Assembly: GCA_900617105.1 (NCBI GenBank) | Contig: UYFQ01000143.1 | Span: forward strand, 1-64,000 | Length of the DNA stretch: 64,000 nucleotides | Direction: 5' to 3' | Source: Hydrurus foetidus | Lineage: Eukaryota | Shown here: one piece after another, positions 1 through 12,196 of the stretch | Numbering within the stretch: position 1 is the stretch's first letter | Layout: every line of letters starts with the position of its first letter | Position numbers and translations under genes: made by a program | The notes under the pieces: model-generated | Seen by the model: only the letters and a program-made list of their open reading frames with translations | What the model was told of the DNA's origin: nothing | Databases searched by the model: none

Positions 1-505
1 ATATTCATCTTGAATAAGCGTTGGAAGTGTATCGACATGTGAAATGCACGACACAACATCCGGTAGGTTTAAAATGTCAGATGGATCAACATCATAATCA
101 TTTATACCTTGATTTTGTCCCGCTGAATCGGAAGACGAGTTTGGTCCCCTGGGGTGGGTTGTATTTACCCCCACGGGGGTTTTTCCCTTGGTAACCCCTA
201 CCAGCATTCTGGTTACCCTTTCGTTCAACGTATCATTAACAGTTCAGTTAATCGACAAACAAATGCAAGTCCTGCTTCGATGCAAATATTCATCTTGAAT
301 AAGCGTTGGAAGTGTATCGACATGTGAAATGCACGACACAACATCCGGTAGGTTTAAAATGTCAGATGGATCAACATCATAATCATTTATACCTTGATTT
401 TGTCCCGCTGAATCGGAAGACGAGTTTGGTCCCCCCTGGGGTGGGTTGTATTTACCCCCACGGGGGTTTTTCCCTTGGTAACCCCTACCAGCATTCTGGT
501 TACCC
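1..505. repeat. Direct duplication of the gypsy gag/protease junction (1-218 ~ 286-505) separated by a ~62 bp filler
   Basis: 1-218 is near-identical to 286-505. The filler 219-282 matches integrase-coding DNA at ~9512-9574. Confidence 0.85.
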
Positions 506-2641
506 TGGTTATTACCCTGGTTACCATAACCTTGATTTTGGTTACCGCGGTTATTACCTTGGTTACCGGTTTACCCTGGTTGTTTTGGTTACCCTGGTTA
601 TTACCTTGGTTACCGCGGTTATTACCTTGGTTTCCTTGGTTGGGGTTGTTTTGGTTACCCGACCCATGGTTATTCTTTGATTTCTTGTTAGTGAACATCA
701 AGAAGGGAGGGGAACCAGCGGGGTGGTGCCGCTGACGGTTTTCGTAACCAGGAAGGATTAACCTTTCCTGCCACATGGACTCACCATTTGCTAACCATGC
801 CTGCCCCACAGCTGATTCAGACCATTGAATGGAGTGATCGTTGTTTGTGTCAGTGTAATATAACACAGGGCATGCAGGAAGCATGTGTGCAGGATTGCCA
901 CACGAGCGGCAGACTCGAGGAGCCACTGGGGGTACCTCCAAGGAAGTACGAACCGCTAGGGTGCTTTTGCCGCTCGGCGGGTCCACATCGCGAATCGCGA
1001 GTGTACTCTCCCTCTTCTGTGATGCACGTAGAGGGGGTACTGCTGTACTCGGAAACGAGTAGATGAGATCAGGATTGCCGTAGCTCCTGCTCATTCGAAT
1101 CGCCTCACGCGCAGCAGAGACGACAGAGATGAGGCGCATCATGGCGGACTCCCATGTCGGAGGTGACTGTGTGTCGACCCTCTTAGACTCAAAGTAGTCT
1201 GATTGGATACGACTGCCACGAGCAAGTCGCTTCTCCAAAATCGATATCAACTCCGCCTGTTGGTTGGGAGTGATACGGCGTGTACGCTCGTAATTGGTTA
1301 CCAATTCCTTGTACGCCATGTACGTGCTCAACTCTTCCTCATCGGAATTTAATGAGTAATGGAATGGTACCTTAGCGAAAAGTTCCGCGAGGGTATGATC
1401 TGCATGGTCTCGTTGTTTATTCGAGCCAAAATACTGCATGATTAGTTTCGCAACATAATCAATGTCAAGTAGAGTCTGCCACTCGAACTTCTGTTCTATT
1501 GTCAGAGACGAGGGAGCGGAGTCCGTCATAATCTTGACGTGAAGCAAGTCAATCGCTTGACGTTGCATGCATTCATTTATGCGTAAGCGAGGCAGCCGCT
1601 GAGCTTGCTCAAAGAAGCTCTCAGCGTCTTGCGGAGTGATGTAATCGCCTTTTAGGACGAATATCTCTCGCTGCATCTGCATAGTCTGTGGGAACAGTAT
1701 AGTCTGTGCCACTGACGACTGTGAGGTTTGGGTGGCATTTAAAATACCCCCGTCCTCTTCTAGCACTTCCTCTTCCTCAGTGTCAACTCCTGGAGGATGT
1801 TCGATGAGGTTACCCTCATCGTCGTAGCGAGGGTAAGATGCTTCTTCGTCATCGGCCATGGTATATGACTTCGAGACGTTATAATTCCGTCAAAGTCTAA
1901 GCAACGAAGGGATCTCGGCGTCAAAATTTTTTGCCAGAGCTTCGCCTTGTTAGCTTTGAGGGTACTTTACGCAAGTAACAGCGAATAAGTTGATTTCAAC
2001 CAACTCTTGTCGAGAAAATCTCTTAGGCGTGAAAGCCAATTTTTGAGTGGTGAAGATTTTTGGTGTCCGTAAAGGATGAAGGAAGTAATTCCCACCAGCC
2101 AAAAGAAGTCGTTAGACTAATTTGGTGTCGGTAGCAATGAATCCAATGTTCAAATTGCTACCCGACGAGTTTGAAATGTCGAGTGGTGAAGGCTTTCGCG
2201 AATTCAACCAACTACGAACTTTGGAGACACCAATAATGGGTTCCAAGAGGAAAGAGGCTAAGCCCAACTTTCGCTAACTTAAAGCTAAGTTCTTGGAGCG
2301 TAGCTCAGCAAGAATACGACTCCGCAGATGTCGTGGGTAATAATACCCAGGTGGTGGAAGTCGTAACTAAAGTTGGGACGAGTAGAGGGGAATTAGAGGC
2401 AGCAGAAAATTTCCCGAGGATAATAGTACTATTGTGGTCGGGCAAATGTAGAAAGGGGGGCGAGAAGAGGTAGGCTTAGTTACAGGTGTCTATGCTAGAA
2501 GCTAGGTTAACTTCTAAGTGGACGCTGTAGATGGCTACGACGATACGACAGCCTAACTGTAGTGTACAGTAGTAGTACCCGGTAGGATCCGGTAGAGTCG
2601 GTACCCGGTAGGATCGGGAACCTGGACCCGGTACTATCACA
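286..2641 (-). mobile_element. Ty3/gypsy LTR retrotransposon (family 1), truncated: LTR, leader and gag
   Basis: Reverse complement of 4199-6330. LTR begins TGTGATAG at 2641 on the minus strand and the gag ORF follows. Confidence 0.85.
387..1859 (-). CDS. Gag-like protein with CCHC zinc knuckle and NQG-repeat tail (probable frameshift within the repeats)
   Basis: CRSCGNPAHMLPAC knuckle and NQGN repeats. The homologous copy lies directly upstream of protease/RT at 6417-9797. Confidence 0.8.
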   Translation of the reverse strand: MADDEEASYPRYDDEGNLIEHPPGVDTEEEEVLEEDGGILNATQTSQSSVAQTILFPQTMQMQREIFVLKGDYITPQDAESFFEQAQRLPRLRINECMQRQAIDLLHVKIMTDSAPSSLTIEQKFEWQTLLDIDYVAKLIMQYFGSNKQRDHADHTLAELFAKVPFHYSLNSDEEELSTYMAYKELVTNYERTRRITPNQQAELISILEKRLARGSRIQSDYFESKRVDTQSPPTWESAMMRLISVVSAAREAIRMSRSYGNPDLIYSFPSTAVPPLRASQKRESTLAIRDVDPPSGKSTLAVRTSLEVPPVAPRVCRSCGNPAHMLPACPVLYYTDTNNDHSIQWSESAVGQAWLANGESMWQERLILPGYENRQRHHPAGSPPFLMFTNKKSKNNHGSGNQNNPNQGNQGNNRGNQGNNQGNQNNQGKPVTKVITAVTKIKVMVTRVITRVTRMLVGVTKGKTPVGVNTTHPRGDQTRLPIQRDKIKV

Positions 2642-3930
2642 GACCTTGCCATGAGCTATGTGTGTGCCACTATGTCGTTTAATTACAATAGTGTGATAGG
2701 CACCTCCCCATACAACATGCTAACTAAAAAACATCTCGAACATCTCCACGCTTTCTGGTCCAAGTGCTGGGTCCACATACCAACCAAGGACGCAGGCGGT
2801 AAAGTCGGTCACCCCCGAGCATACCAAGCCAGGTTCATTGGATATGACATGACGACCACACTCGAGCCGACCTACAAAGTCATCGAGATATGAGACAAGG
2901 GAAAATATGGCGCAGTAAGGATCAGCAAAGAAGTCATTTTCGACTTGCCTGAAGAGATAGTGCAACAAATGGAAGCCGCAACAGCAATTGAGCCACCCCA
3001 GCAACATGAGGCAGCCCAAATGTCTGTCCCAGCACCACAAGCGGCACACAATCAGACAACTGCTAGTGCACAATCCAACATGCATGCACCCAGCCAGGTC
3101 GACCCCAACCACAGCGTGCGACGACGAAGTGATGCGAATGCAGTCACAACTCCAGCTGATCCCCACCCAATGGCGCATAGCGGTTCACCCAAGAGGGCCT
3201 CACCACCATGCACACCTGATGGTGCACCAATACACCCTGCGAATACCGTCGACTCGATCGGTGCAAACACACCAATAGTGTCATGGGAAACAGAGGATGC
3301 TGTATATTGGTACGCAATCCAGGCCACATATCCGGAGCAACTGATGACCGTAATTGAGACGTCTCACTATGATCAGATAAAGACACTCCCGGATGCCGGC
3401 ATTCCCAAATCGTTCTGGAAAGCGATGAAGGACCCACCATGGGCCAAAGCCATCGATACTGAGCTGACGAAGTTTGAAGTCAACTCATGCTTCAACATCG
3501 TCCCTTTTACTGGACAGCACCTAGTTCCAATGATGTGGCTGTTCAGTGTCAAGAACGATAGGACGAAGAAGGCTCGACTGGTCGGCAGAGGGGACAAGAT
3601 GATTCCCAACGTTGACTACGACCCCGAAGCTGTGTATTGTGGAAACGTAGCAGCTTGCTCGATCAAGCTGGCCATGGTCATAGAGGCGACATACAAGCTC
3701 GTTATGAGAGGCGGTGACCTTGTAGGTGCATACCTCATCACAAGAGCAAACAAGGACTTCCCAGTGTTCATCAGAACACCCCAAGGTTATGGTGTACCAC
3801 TCGGTTTCTGCATCCAAGAAGTAGGAAACCTATATAGGTTCCCTCCAGCCGGACAGAACTTCTCCGTCGAGTTCGACTAATGACTTAGGGAGTGATGGTA
3901 TAAGAACACACCATGGGACCTCAAGTGGCC
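2642..3930 (+). pseudogene. Ty1/copia pol fragment (integrase C-terminus followed by RT N-terminus)
   Basis: SPY..LHAFWSKCWVHIP..FIGYD, then PKSFWKAM..WAKAIDTEL..KARLVGRG..DLVGAYL. Integrase-before-RT order is copia-type; in-frame stops present. Confidence 0.85.
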
Positions 3931-3982
3931 TCTGAAGACAACAACTCGGATATTGGTACCAAGCGGGTAACATTACCCATCT

Positions 3983-4042
3983 TGTGATAGTACCGGGTCC
4001 AGGGTCCCGATCCTACCGGGTACCGACTCTACCGGATCCTAC
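3983..4042 (+). repeat. Partial copy of the family-1 gypsy LTR 5' end
   Basis: TGTGATAGTACCGGGTCC... near-identical to 4199-4258. Confidence 0.8.
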
Positions 4043-4198
4043 TTTTATTTTGTCTCATATTTTCGATTTTGTAAATTTTTGTATCTTTTCTTTTTCGAGT
4101 AAGTTATATAATAAGTTTTGCAAAGAAACGGGGGTTTCGATTTAGTTTAGATTTAGCTTAGATTTTTTTTCGAAAGAAAGAAAGATAAGTGGGGGTAA

Positions 4199-7100
4199 TG
4201 TGATAGTACCGGGTCCAGGTTCCCGATCCTACCGGGTACCGACTCTACCGGATCCTACCGGGTACTACTACTGTACACTACAGTTAGGCTGTAGTATCGT
4301 CGTAGCCATCTACAGCGTCCACTTAGAAGTTAAACTAGCTTCTAGCATAGACACCTGTAACTAAGCCTACCTCCTCTCGCCCCCCTTTCTACATTTGCCC
4401 GACCACAATAGCGCTATTATCCTCGGGAAATTTTCTGCTGCCTCTAATTCCCCTCTACTCGTCCCAACTTTAGTTACGACTTCCACCACCTGAGTATTAT
4501 TACTCACGACATCTGCGGAGTCGAATTCTTGCTGAGCTACGCTCCAAGAACTTAGCTTTAAGTTAGCGAAAGTTGGGCTTAGCCTCTTTCCTCTTGGAAC
4601 CCATTATTGGTGTCTCCAAAGTTCGTAGTTGGTTGAATTCGCGAAAGCCTTCACCACTCGACATTCTCAAACTCGTCGGGTTGCAATTTGAACATTGGAT
4701 TCATTGCTACCGACACCAAATTAGTCTAACGACTTCTTTTGGCTGGTGGGAATTACTTCCTTCATCCTTTACGGACACCAAAAATCTTCACCACTCAAAA
4801 ATTGGCTTTCACGCCTAAGAGATTTTCTCAACAAGAGTTGGTTGAAATCAACTTATTCGCTGTTACTTGCGTAAAGTACCCTCAAAGCTAACAAGGCGAA
4901 GCTCTGGCAAAATTTTTGACGCCGAGATCCCTTCGTTGCTTAGACTTTGACGGAATTATAACGTCTCGAAGTCATATACCATGGCCGATGACGAAGAAGC
5001 ATCTTACCCTACGACGATGAGGGTAACCTCATCGAACATCCTCGGGTTGACACTGAGGAAGAGGAAGCGAAGAGGACGGGGTCACCTCTTCGGTGGCACC
5101 TATATTCCCAGTGCTAAGATGCAGCGAGAGATATTCGTCCTAAAAGGCGATTACATCACTCCGCAAGACGCTGAGCTTCAGCGCTCAGCGGCTGCCTCGC
5201 TGCATTAATGAATGCATGCAACGTCAAGCGATTGACTTGCTTCACGTCAAGATTATGACAGACCCGCTCCTCGTCTCTGACAATAGAACAGAAGTTCCTT
5301 GATTGATTATGTTGCGAAACTAATCATGCAGTATTTTGGCTCGAATAAACAACGAGACCATGCGATCATACCCTCGCGGAACTTTTCGCTAAGGTACTAC
5401 TCATTAAATTCCGATGAGGAAGAGTTGAGTACATGGCGTACAGGAATTGGTAACCAATGCGACGCATCATCTTGATCGATTTTGGAGGAAGACTGACTTG
5501 CTTGGCAGTCGTATCCAATCAGACTACTTTGAGTCTAAGAGGGTCGACACACAGTCACCTCCTACATGGGAGTCCGCCATGATGCGCCTCATCTCTGTCG
5601 TCTCGCGCGTGAGGCGTATTCGAATGAGCAGGAGCTACGGCAATCCTGATCTCATCTACTCGTTTCCGAGTACCGCAGTACCCCTCTACGTGCATCACAG
5701 AAGAGGGAGAGTGCGATTCGCGATTGGACGCCGAGCGGCAAAAGCACCTAGCGGTTCGTACTGGAGGTACCCCCAGGCTCCTTCTGCCGCTCGTGTGGCA
5801 ATCCTGCACACATGCTTCCTGCATGCCCTGTGTTATATTACACTGACACAAACAACGATCACTCCATTCAATGGTCTGAATCAGCTGTGGGGCAGGCATG
5901 GTGGCCAACGAAATGGTGGTCGGTAATTAACCTTCGGTTCAGCGGACAGCCTCGGCCCCTTCCCTTCTTGATGTTCACTAACAAGAAATCAAAGAATAAC
6001 CATGGTCGGGTAACCAACCCAACCAAGGCAGGTAATACCGCTAACCAAGGTAATCCAGGTAACCAAAACAACCAGGGTAATTCATCGGAATAACCGCGGT
6101 AACAAAGGTTATGGTAACCAAGGTAATAACCAGGGTAACCAGAATGCTGGTAAAGTACGGCCCCCGTTAAATAACCCACAGGAAACTCGTCTTCCGATTC
6201 AGCGGGACAAAATCAAGGTATAAATGATTATGATGTTGATTCATCTGACATTTTAAACCTACCGGATGTTGTGTCGTGCATTTCACATGTCGATACACTT
6301 CCAACGCTTATTCAAGATGAATATTTGCATGACCCGTCTACCCTTCCTCTAATTACTTAAACGTTACTGTTTCGGTACAGGATAAGGATAAAGGCCAGAC
6401 TAGCGTACGACGCATTGTGGGCAAGGCCGTGTTGGACACCGCCAATTATTCTGAGGATTTTATTTCTTTCATTATGATTCAAAAACTAAATGCTATGCAT
6501 CTCTGTTATGAGGCTCCTAAAGCCATAACTGTTTGCTCTGGTCTTGATGGCCATTGCTATATAAATAACGAAATTATTAATTTGACTCTCCAGTTTCATT
6601 CTTATGATGGCGAATGTCACAAAATCCTTTTAACCTTGCGAGTTAATCGGAATACAGATATTGAACTTTTGTTAAGTCGCAACACTGTAAATAAATATGA
6701 TTTTATGTCATTAACACCTTTTGCTTTTGGTATCTCTCCTGAGCTCAGTGCGGAGAACAAAAGGAAAAGGGATATTCGTTGGCGCGAATTTGAAGAAAGG
6801 GAAGCAATAACAAAGCTTGACCCACTTCACTGGAGCAAATACACCAGGCGTATGATATCGGAGGGATTCCAACCCGAAGAACCAGAGGTAGAGTCGATTA
6901 CCCCAACATATGATTTGTTGAAGGGAATCACACAGACTAAACTCGCTCTGAAAAGAGAACCATACGGCCTTTGCCCGAAGCCAAAACCAAAGGCCATTTT
7001 GCACGCACCTTTAACCGAGGAAGTCGTGGGGTCAGGTTGTCATGCAACGTTCACGTGTAGCGTTACCCAGGTTGGTTCCGAGGGAGTCATGACCCAAAGT

Positions 7101-9693
7101 CCATGTGGTGATGTGGGTTGTGAGCGACTGGCTAGTGTCACGACTAGACTCGCAAAACGTACGGGTGATACCCCGCACCTAGGTGGTGACTCGATTCCCA
7201 CCCTCACACATACCTCTGGGGACTCTGTTACATCAGACTATGACGTGGAAGCCGTATGGCCAAGCGGTGTCGCACTCTCCGTTGACGAGATTGACAATGA
7301 CAAGACTGACACTTTCGCACCTTTCTTGCGTGACAAGACGTGCCGAAATGTACCGCCCAATGGGCCGGATGATTTTTGTCACAAATTCATTTTGAGGGAG
7401 ATGAAAGCCTTCAGAAGATTTTGCGTACTCTCTGTTCAGAATTCGCTGATATTTTCAGTGATAAGCTAGCCCCGCAAGCTGCACATCTCAAGCCTTTTGA
7501 GATCAATTTGCCTAGGCAAAATGGGAGGTTCCATCGAACCGCACACCAGTGCGCCCACAATCCTCTAAAAGGAACATTACCTCCGCACTTCAATTGAAGA
7601 GATGCTGGAGGATGGTGTGATCGAGAGGTCGAACGCTGCATACTACAGTCATCCTGTAATGGTAAATAAGACAGCCGATACGTATCGAACCTGCATCGAC
7701 TATCGTGCACTCAATGAATGCATTGAGCCGGCCTCCTTTCCCTACCCAATATCAAACACCTCTTTGAGAGGATCGGTAATAAAAACCGGATATTTACGGA
7801 GTGATGGATTTAACCGCGGGTTACCACCAAGCACCTCTGTACACACCCCACCGAATCTATACCGCATTTATATGTTTCATGGGGGTGTTTCAGTTCACGA
7901 GATTGCCTTTTGGCCCTTGTCGAGCCCCCTCTTACTTTCAAGAGCAGATGGTGACAATGGTCCTTTACGGTCTTATATACCGCTGTTGCGAGATGTATCT
8001 CGATGACTGTATTGTATATGGCCGGGGCGAAGCAGAGTTTCTCAAGAATCTGCGCAGCGTTTTTGAAAGATTTCGCCTTAAAAATCTTAAGCTCAAAGCA
8101 AAGAAATGCAGATTCGGTCTCAAACGTATCGAATACGTGGGACGAGTCATAGACAAAGATGGGTTATCCATGTCTAAAGAAAAGATTGAGACAGTACTCA
8201 ACTTCCCTCTTCCTAAAGAAGTAACATCCCTTCGTGGATTTCTTGGCTTAGCCAACTACTTTCGTCAATTTGTACCGTTTCATTCGGACATTGTCAAACC
8301 ACTTCAAATGATGGTGGACCCAAAGGCACTTAAACGTTCCCCAATATATTGGACCCCCGAGGGGACTTTAGCATTTAATGAGACTAAAATCGCGGTATCG
8401 CGTTGTCCTTTAATGTACTTCATCAATGATGATTCACCCATCAGATTATATACTGATGCATCCGACTATGGCATCGGTGGTGTACTCTTCCAAATTGTCG
8501 ACACCGTGTGGAGACCAATTGCCTTCATCAGCAAATCTCTCTCGGCAACACAAATTAATTGGTCGACAATACAGAAAGAAGCTTATGCTATCTTTTTCTG
8601 TTGCCAACAACTCGATTATCTCATTCGAGACCGTAAGTTCACTATTCATACGGATCATATGAATTTGACTTATATGAAACAAAACCCTACCTCAATGGTA
8701 ACACGGTGGTTCATTGCAATGCAAGAACTTGATTTTACCGTACACTTTGTCAAGGGGACAGATAATGAACTTGCCGATGCTCTGTCACGGTTATGTCCAA
8801 ACCTTACCGAAATTGCTCTGCCTAAGACAATCAGGTCCGAGGGTGATACTCCACCATCATCTTCTTCATCGTCATCTTCTGCAGTTTCGGCTTTAACGGT
8901 TATTGAACCGCCGACAGATGAACAGAATGTTTACATTCAAATGTGCCACAATGCAATTGTTGGTCACAACGGTGTCGATCGTACCCTCACTCGACTCTTT
9001 AGTCTTAACCACGTGTGGAAAAATATGAAACAGCACGTACGCTCGTTCATACGAAACTGCCCATGCTGTCAGAAATTGAGCGCAGTTGATACAAATATCA
9101 GCGCTGCTCATTTTTCAACTTCAACGCATGCTATTTTCGATACATTAAATATCGATTATATTGGCCCATTCCTGATAAAGGGTATATCCTTGTCATAATC
9201 GACACCTTCTCCAGATGGACAGAAATGTTCTGGTGTAAGGATGCTACGGCTCAGTCTGCATGTGAATGCTTACTGACTCATTTTGGTCGATTCGGATCGC
9301 CAAATATGATTAGATCCGATCGAGGATCCCACTTCGCTAATGATCTCATCAAAGAGTTCTTAGACCTTACGGGGACACCCCATAATCTCACTTTGGCTTA
9401 TTCCTCACAAGAGAATGCCATTGTAGAAAGGGTCAACAAAGAAGTGAATAGACACTTACGCGGTCTTGTGTTTGATACACCATCTCTTGAACACTATGCT
9501 GAATGCATACCTTTCGTTCAACGTATCATTAACAGTTCAGTTAATCGACGAACAAATGCAAGTCCTGCTTCGATTTTATTCGGCAATAAACTTGATTTGA
9601 ATCGGGGTATTTTAACACCTCATCTATTACCAACGTTGACATCTTCGAATTCAACATATATCACAGATCTCATCGGTATACAGGACAAGGTCC
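4199..9693 (+). mobile_element. Ty3/gypsy LTR retrotransposon (family 1), degenerate and 3'-truncated
   Basis: Purine tract AAAGAAAGAAAGATAAGTGGGGG precedes TG at 4199. Leader, deletion-riddled gag (4981-6200), then PR-RT-RH-IN order. LTR 3' boundary uncertain. Confidence 0.9.
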
Positions 9694-9797
9694 TTGAAGA
9701 CAACAACTCGGATATTGGTACCAAGCGGGTAACATTACCCATCTTCACCAAACTAACGTCCCAAATTGTTGATAGGATACTCAGAAATTATTTATAA
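6417..9797 (+). pseudogene. Gypsy pol (protease, RT, RNase H, integrase) broken by several frameshifts
   Basis: VLDTA (PR); CIDYRALN, LPFG, YLDD (RT); YTDAS, TDH, ADALSR (RNase H); H..H..CPCCQ and SDRGSHF..VERVN (integrase), spread over ORFs 6417, 7376, 7602, 7801 and 9225. Confidence 0.92.
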
Positions 9798-9975
9798 ATA
9801 TCTTTTGTAAACTTTTGCGTATTAATTAATATTTTACAATGCATTTTGTAACTTTTTAGTATTCTACTCACACAGTAGTCTATAATTTTTTACAATTTGT
9901 TATTTGTATTATATTATTTATAGCTCATTAGCAAACATGCACTCATAAACATACATACATCTTCACTACAGGGGG

Positions 9976-10409
9976 TGTCAGACTAACCACTAACGTAGTT
10001 ACATCTGTTGTATAGCAGCAGATATAGTAGTATAGATACACGTTAGGTAGTACTGTATACATATATGCGTAACCGTACGTACACCATAGAACGTACACCG
10101 TACATACCAGATATGGCCGTTGGCGATACATCCCATATTCGAAAGCATCCTTTCAGTTCCAACAACTGCTATGATCTTTCTTGCAACGCCACACATGATT
10201 TCACCTCTACTTTGTTCGCTACCTCGTTTGCCAGGTAGCCAATCATATGTTAGTTGCATATGCAGATTGCCAACTGCAGATCTTCTGTATCTTGTAAACC
10301 TAAGCAGATCTTAATCGATATAGCTTGCAGATTCGCCGAAACAGCGTTCTAGCCGAGTCTTGGAGTTCTACTGCAGTAGCCTCCACACCAGTTGGACTAT
10401 ACGTCAACA
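9976..10409 (+). mobile_element. Candidate copia-type LTR (434 bp)
   Basis: Preceded by PPT-like ACTACAGGGGG; starts TGTCAG and ends TCAACA. Confidence 0.6.
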
Positions 10410-10454
10410 GGTGATATCCTTTAGCCAGATCCACAATTACTTCTCCAGATCCAG

Positions 10455-11292
10455 AGTTGAGTACGTACATGGCGTATAAGGAGCTAGTATCCAACTACGA
10501 GCGTACCCGCCGTATCACTCCCAACCAACATGCGGAGTTGGTAAAGATTTTGGAGAAGCGACTTGCTCGCGGCAGTCATATCCAATCAGACTATTTTGAG
10601 TCTAAGCGGGGCGACTCGTTGTCACCTCACACGTGGGAGACCGCCATGATGCGCGTGATCACTCTCGTCTCCGTCGCGAAGCAATCCGCATGAGCAGGAG
10701 CTACGGCAATCCTGACCTCATCTACTCGTTTCCGAGTACCGCAGTACCTCCTCCCCGTTCGTCGAAGAACACGCGAGGCGGAACCGCCAGGTGGCAAAAG
10801 CACCCTAGCAGTTCGTACCTCGTTGAACGTACCTCTGATAGCTGCTCGAGTTTGCCGCTCGTATGGAAATCCTGCACACATGCTTCCTGCATGCCCCGTG
10901 TTATATTACAGGGACACTAACACCGATCACACCTGTAACTGGTCCGACTCGGTCGTAGGTCAGACGTGGTTGACTAACGGTGAAGTCATGTGGCAGGAAA
11001 GGTTAATCCTACCCGGTAATGAAATCCGTCAAAGGTACCACCCCGCGGGTTCTCCACCTTTCTTGATGAATACCAACAAGAAGGCCAAGAATAACTATGG
11101 GTCGGGTGACCAAAGTAACCCCAACCAAGGTAACCAAGGTAATTTCAACCGAGGAAACCAAAACCAAGGAAACCAAGGTAACTACGGTAACCAAGGAAAC
11201 CAAGGTAACCAAGGTAATTTTAACCGAGGAAACCAAAACCAAGGAAACCAAGGTAACTACAGTAACCAAGGAAACCAAAACCAAGGTAGTCT
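10455..11292 (+). pseudogene. Internal gag fragment of a diverged family-1 gypsy relative
   Basis: STYMAYKELV..SYGNPDLIYSFPS..HMLPACPVLYY..NQG repeats; homologous but not identical to 387-1859; frameshifted. Confidence 0.85.
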
Positions 11293-11325
11293 AGGTAACT
11301 GTGGATCTGGCTAAAGGATATCACC

Positions 11326-11759
11326 TGTTGACGTATAGTCCAACTGGTGTGGAGGCTACTGCAGTAGAACTCCAAGACTCGGCTAGAACGCTGTTTCGGC
11401 GAATCTGCAAATTATATCGATTAAGATCTGCTTAGGTTTACAAGATACAGAAGATCTGCAGTTGGCAATCTGCATATGCAACTAACATATGATTGGCTAC
11501 CTGGCAAACGAGGTAGCGAACAAAGTAGAGGTGAAATCATGTGTGGCGTTGCAAGAAAGATCATAGCAGTTGTTGGAACTGAAAGGATGCTTTCGAATAT
11601 GGGATGTATCGCCAACGGCCATATCTGGTATGTACGGTGTACGTTCTATGGTGTACGTACGGTTACGCATATATGTATACAGTACTACCTAACGTGTATC
11701 TATACTACTATATCTGCTGCTATACAACAGACGTAACTACGTTAGTGGTTAGTCTAACA
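11326..11759 (-). mobile_element. Candidate copia-type LTR (434 bp), inverted copy
   Basis: Minus strand reads ACTACGGGGAG-TGTTAG...TCAACA. Confidence 0.6.
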
Positions 11760-12196
11760 CTCCCCGTAGTGAAGATGTATGTATGTTTATGAGTGCATGT
11801 TTGCTGACGAGCTATCAATAATATAATACAAATAATAAATTGTAAAAAATTATAGACTACTCTTCTTTCAAAAACTTATCTTTCCTGGTACGCTCGTGCT
11901 GTACATGTCACAGATTGGGTAATATGACGAAGACAGAATGCAACACACTTAACAATTTTAGTTGCTTCAAGCGTCACCAAGCAAGCCCTTGCTTCAAGTC
12001 AGTTTCACGTTTCACACACGCACGGTAGTAGGTTTTAGTTTTGGATTGTCGGTTATAGACAATTTCTAAAATTCAAAATTCAAATATGCTTCTTAACATG
12101 ATGGTGGCACAGTTCAGAAGTCTTCACCTGCTTGCCATCTCATTTTGCCATTGGGCTGTTATTGGACCTCTTCATTATCTGACCTACCAGGCTAAG

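Larger units (their letters stand above)
9874..11861. repeat. ~567 bp inverted repeat (9874-10440 / 11295-11861) enclosing a gag fragment
   Basis: Arms are reverse complements with scattered substitutions; mirrored ORFs 9999/11476 and 10120/11421. Confidence 0.92.

Noticed and set aside
4981..6200. Separate small genes
   Set aside because: Deletion-riddled copy of the gag at 387-1859, possibly poor consensus.
9874..11861. Amplification (MDA-type) fold-back chimera
   Set aside because: Arms differ at multiple positions and enclose unrelated sequence, so not a simple copy-back; not fully excluded without reads.
12086..12196. N-terminal extension of RTEL1
   Set aside because: Family similarity begins at MPLLSVNGINVDFP (12197); the upstream ATGs are unsupported.
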